Source of the DNA: Hormiphora californensis
Lineage: Eukaryota > Animalia > Ctenophora
DNA: 64,000 nucleotides
Reading direction: 5' to 3'
Assembly (NCBI GenBank): GCA_020137815.1
Contig: CM035362.1
Coordinates: 1,674,001 to 1,738,000 of the forward strand
Positions 1 through 46,899 of this stretch are shown piece after piece (positions within the stretch are counted from its first letter, which is position 1; every line of letters begins with the position of its first letter). Under the pieces are notes generated by a model. It was not told the origin of the DNA, did not search any database, and saw nothing but the letters and a program-made list of their open reading frames with translations. Made by a program: the position numbers and the translations under genes.

Positions 1-127
1 ACCTACAGGTCAGTGAAAGAATTCGAGTGAGTTAGATCCAATTGAAAAAGTGAAAATTTACCAACCATTTGAAATATCTCCTGGGATGCTGAAAATGTGT
101 GAGTGAGAGTCAATGTATTCTTTCCAG

Positions 128-3111
128 TGAGCTAGTTAACCATATCAACTCTACGGGGAGTGACTACCACTACAGCTATACAACTATGGGGGAGTTGTAC
201 GGATTTCTAGTGGGGTAAGTCCGATTAATAACACTTCTTTTCATCTTGAAATGATCAGACCCATGGTCATACGCAGATCTATCACTAGTTACTACTATAG
301 TTACCACTGGTTACCATTAGTTATCTACTTTACATTCCTCCATACAGATGGAATATGATCCTAGAGTACTGTGTAGACGTGGCTTCTGTCAGTAAGGCCC
401 TTACCGCTCATGTGGATAAGATATGGTTTTCAAGCAAGGTAAGTTAAGCGGGGCACGCGAAACACAGTCTAGCTAGACAATAAGTTAGATGGTACAAAAC
501 CCCTAGAACACATTTAATTGGTTTTTCAAAGAAATGGACATCCCCTCCAGTTGATCTATGATTTTGCAACGCAAATGTATACCGAAACTAATTTGTAAAT
601 CTTGTAAAAATCTTGTAAATCCTGTAAAACCACTTTCAGGTAAAAGCCTGGCAGGAGAGCGTAGCCACCATCCCCTCTGAGTACTTCAGCGAATACGTGG
701 ACTTCCTCAGCATTGCATTCTGTTTTATCCTCACAATGATCATTGCAATGGGCGGGAAGTTCTCCAGCGTGGTCAACAACTTCTTCACCTGTTTCAACCT
801 CGTCTGCTATGTCAGTATCATTGTCTTTGGGTCATTCTCATGTGATATTGCATATTGGTACATGAAGAAAGATACGGGGAACAGTTCGGATCAGAGCCAT
901 GAGTCTCTCTACTTTGATCGTACCAGCCCCTACCATCTGGAGCCGGATGATGGGGATGGGGACAAGGTGGGTTTCATGCCGTATGGGTTTACGGGCACCC
1001 TACAGGGTGCTGGGAGTTGTATATTCGCCTTCGCTGGGTTCAAGGCCGTCTTTTATGAGAGGGATAGGTCCAGTGCTAATCCGAAGAAAAATATTCCCTT
1101 GGCATCACTGACGACACTCTTTGTTTCTGCAGCACTATACGTTGGTAAGTGATTGGTGAATCGTTATTAATTTACTGAATCTTGAATCTTCATTCTTCTT
1201 GAATAGAATAGGGGTTTGAAGATTTTCAAGGGACCCTCACACATTTTGAGAGACCATAACAAGTACATTGTCTTCTCCAGGAGTGAGTTTCACGATATCT
1301 TGTATGATTCCAAGTTGGAAGATTGACACAGCTGCACCGATATTCAGTGCTTTTGGAGAACACAATTTGGAACCCCTCAAGAAACTTCTGGCCATCGGAG
1401 CCATTGCAGGTATACATGTACCATTTACTTTATGTACCCGTCCGTTTCATGTAGGAGAAAACTAAGTTCCTCGCTAATTATTGAACTGTGTAGCGCGGAC
1501 ATAGTTTCAGGCGACTCAAACTGGTTATACGGCTAATTAATATCCTTCAATGGCATTGTTAGTTCGATAAAATTGTTTGCCAACTTTGGTGGTTTCGTCA
1601 CAAAGCAGCAGGGTGTGGTGGTAGAGTTAGTGCAGGCTGTTTTAATGAACTACTGGCGCTTTTGTTGCCAAATGATAATGGCTGATAGAACAGCTGGGGG
1701 CGTGGTAACTGGAAAACTAACAAAAATTAGAAATACAGGGGGACAGTAAATTATCGTATACTTTAGGATGTGCCAGTTCAATCTCGGAATCGGTCGAAGT
1801 ATGGCAATTATTTTATCTTAGTAAATTTTTAATACCAACGGTAGCTTTAAGAGTTTAAGAAACAATTTTTCGCCAAGATCAACCGACCATCCCTGTTCAG
1901 GTCTGGTACAAGCGTCAGTTTATAAGTTTCTACCCCTTCCACCCCTACTAACTGACATGTCTGACGACGGGCTACTCTTCAAGTTCCTGGGGGAGGTGGA
2001 TAACGAGACAAGGGTACGTACGGGCTGCAAAGTTATTCGGTGAAACTAACCAAGTGCCCTCATTTAATTATTCAGATCTTCTAAGTATATTTCCCACAGG
2101 GACCTTTCAAAGGCACGGTATTTTACGGTATTGTGACGACCCTCTTTGTGGCTTTCTACAGCCTGGAGGAGCTTATTGATATGTTGAGTATAGGAACACT
2201 GATTGCCTATATTATGGCGTCCTATTCAATCATAAAGCTGCGCTACCGGCATATCGAGTTCCCGGGGAAACAGGGTCTTCAGGGAGGTGAGTTATTAAAT
2301 GATGAACATGTAAGGTAGGTTTCGATTATTTTTCTCCCTAACATTGAAAGTGTTTTGCACTGAATATTCCACATCTTCTTCAGACCGACAAAGAATATCA
2401 GAGAGAAGAGTAAAGATTACCCTAATTCTCTACACCCTGACTGTAATCGCATTCGGAGTCCTCGTATCCAATACCCACAGTTACACATCCCCCATCTTCA
2501 TCTCCATAGCAACTGGGCTTGGAATCCTCCTAATTCTATGTACCCTGTTTATCTACCTACAACCCCAGAACCTCTCAACCACTCAGTTCAGTTGTCCGTG
2601 TGTCCCCCTCCTCCCTCTCTTTTCAATCTTCCTCAACGCCGTCCTCACCATGCATCTCAGCTATAAAACCTGGATCCGGTTCAGTGTGTGGATGTTCATT
2701 GGGTGTATTGTATACTTCACATTTTCCATTCGAAACAGTAGACTGAGCGCTAAAAATGTCGCCTCAGCAGCCTCCCACCGGGGTAGCCCCCGAAAGACAG
2801 TCTCCCCGGTGAAAGTGCCCCGGGGTAGCCGGCCCAGACGGCACTCTGGGGACAGCAGTACGGCCCGGAGTAGCAGGACAATGGAGAGACAGATGTCAGA
2901 GGGGAGGAGTAGTAGCGTACCTGGTCAACAGAAACTGTGGAATGAGAGAGAGGCAAGGTTGACTGAGTGGCTGGCTCAGGTTAAGGTTATGAAAGACCAA
3001 GGGAAGTTAAGTAAGAGGGACAGTGTGTTGAATTTTAAATCTGTTGTTGATGCTGCGGCCGCGGCAAGGTCAGCAAATAATAATAGTCAGGACCCAGGGA
3101 ATGGTGTGTAG
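128..3111 (+). CDS. Cationic amino acid transporter (SLC7/CAT, APC superfamily), 5' part outside the window; exons 128-214, 348-438, 640-1144, 1281-1409, 1901-2013, 2100-2286, 2384-3111
   Basis: Phase-consistent GT-AG splicing gives ELVNHINSTGSDYHYSYTTMGELYGFLVGWNMILEY..., GFMPYGFTGTLQGAGSCIFAFAGF, NPKKNIP, MSDDGLLFKFLG, LIDMLSIGTLIAY and FSCPCVPLLPLFSIFLN...TWIRFSVWM, all recognisable CAT-family motifs. TM1-TM2 are missing. Confidence 0.9.
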
Positions 3112-4183
3112 CAGATGTATAATGTACAGCTGAACTGTTGTATATACAATTGTATTGTAGTGTACAATGTATTCAGTGTACATACATGTAACAAATGTAT
3201 ATCATAGGGGGCTCATCCGGTTAAGACCAAGCAGCTCGAGTTGATTAGTAACGGATTTGTGTAAATTACATTTAATCAAATGTAATCAAGTTTGTGTTAA
3301 TTTTTAGTTTTTTCAGCTTGTTAAAATTATTTAAGGGAGTATAATACAGTGTAAAGTTATTTAATTGGAGATAGTTATACCTACAGAGTTAATTTTGATA
3401 TGCTAACACACTGTCCCTTTGTTTAGCAAAACAAATTTTGTGAGGGACAGTTTAGTAGCATGTCAGTAGAGTTTGGGAAGAAAATAGTATGGAGAGAGAT
3501 CTAGATAGAGGGAGAGTGGGAGAGAGATTTAGATATAGATAGAGAGAGGGGGTGGGAGATAGAAAGGAAGACATTTTTAAAGAGATCTTAGATAACCATG
3601 GTAAATATATCGAAGTTGATTGGTTCCTTCTAGTTATTAGTTTTCATCAGAGTGATCGGGTCTAGATAATTATCCTACAATTAAATGTGTTTTTATACTG
3701 ATTTTCGGTTTGATCGAATTACAAATTAACCTACAGCGTCTACAGTTTCTATAAAGCCATTTATCATTGATAGATCAAATCACAACATGGATCATTGATG
3801 GATCAAATCACAACATGGATCATCTAACAACATCCACGATTATTACATCTCACATGATACCCAGGAAGTTTGTAATTAGTTTCTGCATCTGCTTAGTTTT
3901 TCGGCAAAAATCCTCACGGTACTCCCCTGCGTTTATGGGCAATTATAAATTAACTTAACCCGCCCTGCAGAACTGTACAGCCCTGTCCCTAGACCCTAGC
4001 ATGAGATGTTCCAATTTTAATAGTTATAATATTTCCCATCTCATGTAGATGATATGTACTAAACTAAAGGTGTCAAGAAATCCATTAAAAATAATGAGCC
4101 CTGTGCTATCCTGTCTCTTATAACTGTCCCAATCTTAATTGAAAAGCTGGTGTATCACAGCTTTTATACCCAGAGAAGGAAAG

Positions 4184-4189
<6 letters not shown>

Positions 4190-4270
<81 letters not shown>
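4190..4270. repeat. (GA)n microsatellite
   Basis: Pure GA dinucleotide run. Confidence 0.95.
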
Positions 4271-4274
<4 letters not shown>

Positions 4275-4829
4275 CACATGCTGAATAAAAGTGTCCCGGA
4301 GTTTATTTCCTTAGCATTTATATTGCCCGCGATTGGGGATAACAGCAATTCATTGAGGTGCGAGACTGAATATTTTAATACTCAACGACCATAAATAAGG
4401 AAAACGCGAGTTATGGAGGTACTGAGAAATAAATTACCGTAGCTTTCAAATACACTTGGGTATTCTTCATTGGCAGAGACCACGTCAGAGCATTGACCTG
4501 ACCTGTTGGCTATTATAAGTTTTTCAGAGCATCGACCCGACAGACCCCGAAAGGCATCTTTAGATTATGTTGCAATAGAGCTTGTCATTTTGATTCAATT
4601 TTTGCTTGCAAAGCAGCAGAGACAACGTGTAGCGATTGAAGGGTGCTAAAGTGACATTTTACTGTCACTCAAGTCTGAAGGAAGTTGTCAATCCATTTAG
4701 GAAATCAAATCGTCTAAGAAAAAAGGCAAAACCCTGTCTCGCTTTCTCCCCATTATATATAAGTTGTCGTTTCTGTCTTTTTCAACACGTCTTTATTGAC
4801 CCTGGCCTCTTCCAATACGAGATTGTACT

Positions 4830-5679
4830 CCCAGTGGCAGGAAGATGATTGGTGCATCAGTATTCAAATTTAGCAACCTCAAAGTGCATCTTTCAGTTGT
4901 GGCCGAAGGCCACAATTTTGCAACCCAACGCGACGGCAGTGGGTCTGTGGGTCATTTTGGGGTATTTTTATTTCAGATATAGTCTTAAACAGTCATAAAC
5001 GTGGTCTATGAACCATATTTAGCCTATAGGAAACCTGAAATTTAAGAAAAATTCGATTTGAAAAAATGATGCACTGATGCACTTAGATACGCCAAAATAC
5101 TATGACCAAATTTGGCAAGTTTGGGGTATTTTTATTTCAGATATAGTCTTAAACAGTCATAAACGTGGTCTATGAACCATATTTAGCCTGTAGGAAACCT
5201 AAAATTTAAAGAAAAACTCGATTTGAAAAAAAGATGCACTGATGCACTTAGATACGCCAAAATACTATGACCAAATTTGGCAAGTTTGGGGTATTTTTAT
5301 TTCAGATATAGTCTTAAACAGTCATAAACGTGGTCTATGAACCATATTTAGCCTGTAGGAAACCTAAAATTTAAAGAAAAACTCGATTTGAAAAAAAGAT
5401 GCACTGATGCACTTAGATACGCCAAAATACTCGAGTATTTTGCCGTATCTAAATGTACGGTGCATCTTTTTGACAAAACACAAACTTAAAACGATTTTGA
5501 CAAAAAAGCTACCACTAGACATGCCCCTGGACTATTTTTAGAGCTTCTGCTGATATTTTCTAAAAATTTTGGTTGATCAAGTGCAACCTCGATGTGCATC
5601 ATGATGCATCATTTCTTTCTTTCTTCATCACAAGTGCATCAGTATAAAATACTCAAATACTCATCTTTCTGCCACTGGG
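4830..5679. mobile_element. Non-autonomous TIR DNA transposon with an internal ~165-bp tandem repeat (x3, ~4957-5431)
   Basis: Termini CCCAGTGGCAG...CTGCCACTGGG. Flanking direct repeat ATTGTACT (8 bp; extendable to GATTGTACTC) on both sides. Confidence 0.85.
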
Positions 5680-6304
5680 ATTGTACTCATAATTTGATCT
5701 ACCGATTTACAGAATACATGATGCTTAATGCTCAAAGAGCATTGCTCATTATCATGTCATTACTATGTACAATTGTTTGCATGGTAATTAGGGGTCCCCT
5801 GCCACCTTACATTAGACGTACTACACAGTAAATTTCTTCTATGGTGGCAATATACCACGACCCCACAAGCTTTTTAATTTAAATAGTGTTGTGGTTAACC
5901 ACCAATTAATCCAAAACAAAAGCCTGGATCATTTCTCATGGAAATTACATGACTTGATCTATGAAGAGTCAAGAGATGCTCAACAGTGTTACCTGGAGCT
6001 TGAACCAATCGCAACGACATAACATGTTTTGTTTAGATTATGAAATTACATGAGAATTGTTTTAAGTGGCGGTCTCATTAAACCACAATAAATGTAGTAA
6101 GTCTGTGATGTTTGAGGTAGTGTTGTGTTTAATTCGACAGGGTTAGTATCTTTTGTTTTCACCTCTATTGCCGGAAGGGGATCAATCATTTCTACAGATT
6201 ACTATTGAAATTTGCAACTATGTATTTGCCAACTGTATCCCAATAATTTATTTCCAAATTTAGTAACTAATTTCCAATTACACCCCAATAATTTCCAACT
6301 GTAC

Positions 6305-40031
<33,727 letters not shown>

Positions 40032-40405
40032 GTTGTTGGTTCTACCCCTTCCCCTCTTTTAATGAATCATGATTTAATTACATAACTACCTAAAGCCAAT
40101 AGTTACTTATTGAGTTGAACAAAGCATTGACAGACGCTAGGTTGGCGCCGCTCACAAGTCGAGACTAAAAAATCATGGTTGATCCCTGCCAAAAATCTTT
40201 CGCTTGTCCTGTGTCCACATCACCCTCCTTTGTGTTCCCGCGCCGGAGGGACCGCCACGGCCGATGCGGAGAGTATCTTACATATTTCTTGGCAAACGCT
40301 TCTGGCCCGCGGGATAAGGCTGAAGGCAGCGGTTTAAAACATTTTTCTCACTTTTAAAATTTTGAAATTTAAAGGATTTTTAAAAAAATTTGAAAATTGA
40401 ATTTA

Positions 40406-40625
40406 GTGGAAGCTCTTACGGTAATTCCCACGCCCCGTGGGAAAGTTTTTCGACCGTGGGAAAGTTTTCAAACCGTGGGAAAAGAGAGATAAATACAGTA
40501 ACTAAGAAAAAAAGATTTATTTTTTATACTTATTGTATGTATCTCTCTTTTCCCACGGTTTGAAAACTTTCCCACGGTCGAAAAACTTTCCCACGGGGCG
40601 TGGGAATTACCGTAAGAGCTTCCAC
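40406..40625. mobile_element. Palindromic MITE (TA TSD) upstream of VPS13B
   Basis: ~85-bp perfect TIRs GTGGAAGCTCTTACGGTAATTCCCACGCCCCGTGGGAAAG... with an AT-rich spacer. Confidence 0.88.
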
Positions 40626-40737
40626 TAATTGAGCTTGGTATGGGATTTTATTCAAGCGCGGCGTAAAAACAGTGCGCGCACATGCGCGGCGTAAATTCTA
40701 GTTTTTCGCGCGACGAGACCGCGACCGGAGAAAACAC

Positions 40738-40889
40738 ATGAGGCCCCTCGGAAATGTTCAAGTCATGCACAATCAAGTCACGCCCACCAATCACAGCTCA
40801 GAACGCGCGGAGTGCTTCGCGCGTTCTGCGCTGTGATTGGTGGGCGTGACTTGATTGTGCATGACTTGAACATTTCCGAGGGGCCTCAT
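40738..40889. mobile_element. ~152-bp near-perfect palindrome (foldback MITE) containing CCAAT/ATTGG boxes
   Basis: ATGAGGCCCCTCGGAAATGTTCAAGTCATGCAC...GTGCATGACTTGAACATTTCCGAGGGGCCTCAT, with almost no loop. Confidence 0.8.
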
Positions 40890-42286
40890 AACACTCAGAT
40901 TTTGACACTCAGATTTTGACATCCAGATTTTGGGCCAGCGTTAAAATCTGGGTGTTTGGAGAGTGCTGACAAACGGTTTTTAGGGTTAGGGCTAAAGTGG
41001 GGTTAGGGTTAGGGCTGGGGTTTGGGTTGGGGTTAGGCCTTGACATTTCCTACCAGATAAACTTTGAATTAGCCAAAACGGTTGAGTGGTTTGGCGGTTA
41101 GAGCCATTTTAGTGAATCAACTTTTTTGGCAGCGCGCACCTGTAAACAGGCCACCAAACACCCAGATCGTAACGCGCCCCAGATTTTGACATCCGGACTT
41201 TTAAAACGCCCAACCTTAAACCGTTGCCCCAACCGTTATGTTGTTGAAAAGCGCTCTCTTATCCCGCGCTGCGGGGGCCAGTGGCGTTTGCCAAGTTTTG
41301 TTGTTTCTCTAGTAAGTCTAAACCGTTTTGGCTAAAATTTAATCTGATGCAAATTGCAACCCAGCCCTAATTAATTCTACTTTAGTCTTTAGCCCTAAAT
41401 CTGAATGTTTTGTACATTGAACACTCAAAACATTCAGAATTTATCGTTTCCCAGCGCACTGTCACGTCGTCCGCGGACCGCGTCACGGCCTCATATTTTC
41501 AGACTCATAACGAGGTCTGGCGCCCGTTACCATGGGTTATTGCAGACATATGTGAATGTCGCTTTGATTTGCATTTGTTATTTTGATGAGCGGGTTTGAG
41601 AGGGGGTGGAGTTTGGGACAAGTTTGTCTCAAACACCTAGGTGTTTTAAACCGTGATGGAACTTTTGACTTTGCTTTCAGGAGTTGTCAATGGCTGGGCC
41701 GTAACAGCTAACCCGCCATGGCCTGGGATGCTTATTGCTTTATTAGAAGTTGGGAAAGTAGTGCGACAAATTCCATGTTTTCAAAATTGGTCAATAGAGG
41801 GATAGAGTGGGGAAATTCCATGTTAAACGTTTACCTTTTGTAATAACATACTAACTAATGAAACGCTTATTTTATTTGAGTTAGTTAGAGAATTCATGAT
41901 TGATTAAAACATAAAATTGTTAAAAGGAGCAACAACAAATAAATGCATGGAAATGTCAAATGTGCAACATAAACAAAACCCTCGACGATGAGCTCTCGAT
42001 TTTAATAAAATTTAAAATCTAAATCTTTAGAAAATAAGCCCTATTTTGTAAAATTACAATCTAAGTATTGCGTAAATCCCGTTAAGTTAGGATCTGTGCA
42101 AAAATGTCTTTATTCAAAGCTTTGATTAATTGTTCGAACGTCGCTTATAGCGATGAAAGTCCGTGCTAGGATTAATAGCACCAATAAATAAATTCTGTCA
42201 GAGCATTGCAGCGTGACCTATCTCATTTCCTTTTGGAGCACACGAAAACAGCGGTCATAGCATTGTCCCATGATAGTTCAATAATA

Positions 42287-45200
42287 TTAAAGTTGTGTTT
42301 CACACCGGTCAGTGTCATCTGATACTGGAGCGTTGTAAAGTTTATTATATTCTTCATCCCACTCCTTCAACATTGTCGCAACTAGATCAGGGGACAGTTT
42401 GACCGACCTGTAATTAGTGCTGACTGAGTCATGAGTTAGGGACTGGTAGTGGCTGGTGATTCTGTTTGAAAGATATTAATATGTTCTAACCCTCACTTTA
42501 CATTTTGGCGGCGGGGCACACGAAACATAATCTAGCTAGGCAAGTTAATAGGTATTTGGAGCAGTTTTAGCCGGATCCTGATTTGTAAATCGGGGTGCCA
42601 GGCAAATTGGGGTCCGACTGTATTCATAACCAAGGCATTCTCCCACCTGTGAGTTAGAACAGCTGCAGCTGGTGGTGTGGAAGTTGTCTGGGTTCCTAGC
42701 AGCGTGTAGTGCGTACTGCCTTGGTGTCCTGGAAAGGGTGGCAATACCCTAATTTATCTGTTATTATTATTTTTTGTTGTTTCTGGTAAATCAACATTGT
42801 TTGGATGAATCAAATTAAATTAAAGAACTGCTTTTCGTGCCGCCTAGCAACTGTTTGATAAATTAACCTACCGGGATAAGGCTTGTTTTCCTCATCTTTC
42901 AACTTTTTATACGAGTCCTTGAGTTCTACCAATCTACAAAATAAAAAAGTAATAAGTAGATCTTTTTTCTCTGTAAATTTAAAGTTGCAACTAACCTTTC
43001 TCCATTCTGATCTTCGGCTTTTCGTCCCGAGTTTGACAGTGCTGAACTCTTTCTATTGATTTTATCTAAAAGGATCATAATTGGATTAATAGAGGAGAAG
43101 AATCAAAATACTCTATTTTTTAACAAAAATGTTTGTTTTTCAGCCAATTCCAAAGAACCTTTGTTCACCTACAAAGACTTGTTATTGTTCACCTACCAAT
43201 ATTTCTCCTTATTGATGAGGCTACCGCTGTTTTCTGTCTGTTTGCCATGATCATGTATTTAGAACGGAGTGAAGTGTTGAACAATCCAAAGAAAATCGGA
43301 GTAACAGCTCCATTTCCTGTAAAAGTTTGGCATTTGGCATACGCTGCAGGCCCCTCTTACGGCAAAAATAATATTTCGATAAGAATTCTACTGATTGTTC
43401 TCATCATAAAGCATGCGTTGCAGGAGTGCTCTCTTCCTTTAATAAGGGGTGAGAGAGCACTCCTCCACCCTTACTCGATAACCCAAGACATGTTAATTAA
43501 TTAACCCTTACCTAGAAATAGGATGTGACTGGCTAGAAGTAATCTTGTTGAAGGAGTCCCAAATGATGGTAGTGACGGGAAAATAATTTGGAAAATGTAG
43601 ATGTAGGAGTAGATGAAAACTGAAATTAAAACTTTTTATTTAACCTCATTCAAGATTGGAAAATGTAGATGTAGGAGTAGATGAAAACTGAAATTAAAAT
43701 AGCTGATTAGTTAACTTCAGTCCTTTGTTAATTGAGTATCTATTGGATTGTTAATTGGATATCTATTGGATATCTCTCAATGGTTAAGATTGTAGACTTA
43801 TACATATGAAGAGATTTATTAAATGTAATGTTGATGATGAAGTTTCTACCTGGACTGAGTGATAAAATAAAGTAGCAAGTGAGGAAGAGCATCAGTAGCG
43901 CACTCTGTCTATATTTCCGTTGCATTGCTTGCTGTCTATTCCTCTTGGCCCTCAGTAACATCTAATAAGAAATACGTTAATTCTTAAATCCTGACAAGTT
44001 TAATGTTGTCAGATCACATACTGGGTGCAAGGGTAGGGGTTCACAATTCTAACCCTTGGTATACCTTGACCGTAATGTGCACCTTCCAAGGTGTTGTCTG
44101 TACTTACAAAAAGTATCTGAACGTTGCATATAACGACGAGGGGGATTGGGATGACGCTGTTGAATGTCGCGAACAAGACAAAGTAAATGAAGGATGGAGT
44201 AATGGGATTGGGAGGTTCTGCACTGGCTGTCTTTACACCGTGATCCCTCTCAATTGGGGCGATCCCGCAGGAAAATGTCCACTTTGAATAACTGAGAAGA
44301 GATTTCATATTATATTCGGCCCCGATTTACCGGAATGCTCGGGGGAAAGAAAGAGTTTTGCCGGTAAATCGGGGTTCCGGTAAGTCGAGGTCCGACTATA
44401 TTCATCAAAAGAATAGTTCAATAGTCCTTGTAATTGTCTGAGATAAAAGCCCCCCCCCCCCCCCCCCCCCGATAAAACCACTATCTTTGTTGGAGAAAAA
44501 GTCCTTTTGCATTTTATCAAAGATATCAAACTTGAAAGGGAATTTTGTTAAGATGTGCGTCAGAGATTTCGTAAGATGGTCACTTGGAGAATAATTATTT
44601 ATCTCGCGATTCAAGCTCAACAATCAATATGGGTGGGGCAATGACAAAGTTTCAACAATTCAACAATGTTGAATTAACAACAATTCAACATTGAATAGCA
44701 CCAATAAATATTAATACATTCTGTCACTTACTTGTAGTGTGCCACACCCGCCAGTGGAGGCGTTACAAAGACCATGGCGAAGAACCAGGTTGCTACAAGG
44801 AGGATAATCGCCCTCCCCTTGTTCTGTCTACATCGATACCAAATTGGGAAGCGGATCAGGATGAACCTAGATGTGGGAATTGAGTTTGATTATCTGTAGA
44901 CTGTAGTGTGATGAAAAATGAAGCGATTTGATTGGTCAGTACCTAACAGATGAAGTGATTTGATTGGTCAGTACACAAATGAAGCGATTTCATGATTGGA
45001 CGATTGGACAGTAGTACCTGTCAATGCTGAGTAGTGTAAGAGTCCACATGAAGCCTACCATGGCTCCATTGTCTATGTAGGCGCTGAGATTACACGCCCA
45101 GAACTGCTTTACAAACACTGGTGATGACTGGTTCGACATGAGCGAATGTGCTGGGAGGGAGAAATGAGAAATATGTGTTATAGAAGTTAAAGAAGGATAT

Positions 45201-45655
45201 ATGATACATAATGTACGAGTAAAAAGGTAATCCATTATAATTGAAATTGAAAAAGTTATCTTGAGAGCCAAATTGTTAACTGACCAATTAGCGGCATAGT
45301 AAAGACCCCGTTGAGAAGATTGGCACAGCACAGGGATGCCAGGAAGACGTTATTGACCGTCTGCAGAACTGGGACAAAGGAGATGGACCACAGCATTATA
45401 CTGTTACCTGGGGGAACAAGACGCTTGTTACAATAATAGGTTACCATGGTTACCAAGTAATGCAGTAATTGTTACCATAGTTACCAAGTAATGCAGAACC
45501 TGTAATGGTTACCATGGTTACCAAGTACCTGTGATGGTGATTAGGATGCAGACAACCATGACAACCATCATGATAGTCCGCTCGTCCATTGTGTAAAACG
45601 TTGGCATTTCCTCAGGTGGAAAACTCGTCGTCACTGGAACATCGGTACTGATCAT
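42287..45655 (-). CDS. Orphan class A (rhodopsin-like) GPCR, ~12 coding exons
   Basis: Phase-consistent exons give TM1 ...CILITITGNSIML, TM2 NNVFLASLCCANLLNGVFTMP, TM3 WACNLSAY...TLLSIDRFILIRFP, TM4 ATWFFAMVFVTPPL, ECL2 YSKWTFSCG, TM5 FNSVIPIPLVVICNVQI, TM6 YFILSLSP, TM7 HILFLGNGAVTPIFFGLFNTSLR. The C-tail ends ETQL*. Confidence 0.9.
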
Positions 45656-45900
45656 TTTACTAGAAAGGAAACAATTTTCAGCTCAATTTATGTAGCAGGT
45701 AGCTTACACCGCATTTTTTTTGAGGGTTCGGTAGAGTACAACTCACTGCCAAATAAACGTACAAAACAAACTATAAAAGGAAAACATTAATAACTAAACT
45801 AAAACACTCGAATATAATATGCAATCAAAGATGGGAAAACAATTCACTTCAATCGGGACTGTGACAGAAACGATAGAAATACCCATAACATGAAACAATA

Positions 45901-46899
45901 GTCAGGGCATATGATGCCAAAATAAATTAAAAATGGGCATAATTGTTATCAAGCTAATTTCACTTCTAGTAGGCTCTATTAGGTCCTTAGAAACACCAAA
46001 AAAATTGGCCGCGGTTTTATCAATGAAGAAGTTGGGTTTTTGGGCCACGCCCTTTTACCTATGTTTTTAGCCTTCTGGCGAAACCCAAAACGGGACTTAG
46101 GAAAGGAGTAGAGACAAATCTAAGGACACTAAAATGTGTAGCGTCCTCGCATTAGTGGGGGTAGGTGCGGAAATTAAGTATCTATCTCGTCTGGTTAATT
46201 AGATAATTGGATAATTAGATATGCGCATAACCGTATTTTGGCTAAATGGCTATAGCCACTTAGGAATGGTTTAGAGACTTTTCACTGGTGCCATTTTGTA
46301 GGCAATAGCCAAGTTATGGGGGGTCGACGTCGAACTTTTAAGCTCTATCTCCAACCGTTTGACCGCTATTTGGCATTAAAGATGCTCAAAATGAGCAAAA
46401 AACGGTAAAAAGCCCGATTTTGAGCATCTTTAAAGCCAAATAGCGGCCAAACGGTTGGAGATAGAGCTTAAAAGTTCGACGTGGACCCCCCATAACTTGG
46501 CTATTGCCTACAAAATGGCACCAGTGAAAAGTCTCTAAACTATTCCTAAGTGGCTATAGCCATATAGCCAAAATACGGTTATGCGCATATCTAATTATCC
46601 AATTATCTAATTAACCAGATGAGATAGAGACTTAATTTCCGCACCTACCCCCACTAATGCGAGGACGCTACACATTTTAGTGTCCTTAGATTTGTCTCTA
46701 CTCCTATCCTAAGCCCCGTTTTGGTTTTCGCCAGAGGGCTAAAAACATAGGTAAAAGGGCGTGGCCCAAAAACCCAACTTCTTCATTGATAAAACCGCGG
46801 CCAATTTTTTTGGTGTTTCTAGGGACCTATTAGAGCCTACTAAAAGTGGAATCAGCTTGATAACAATTATGCCCATATTTTGTCATCATATGCCCTGAC
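45901..46899. mobile_element. ~1-kb foldback (almost entirely palindromic) element, TA flanks
   Basis: Arms of ~490 bp (GTCAGGGCATATGATG...CATCATATGCCCTGAC) with few mismatches and a short loop at ~46393-46416. Confidence 0.92.

Noticed and set aside
40980-41037. True telomere or interstitial telomeric array
   Set aside because: Only a few degenerate TTAGGG units.
43070-43105. SSINPIMIL as the GPCR TM7 NPxxY motif
   Set aside because: It lies in the intron just before an acceptor. The phase-consistent TM7 exon starts at ~43316 and is followed by a helix-8-like NTSLR.
42287-45655. Opsin identity for the GPCR
   Set aside because: No retinal-binding lysine in TM7.
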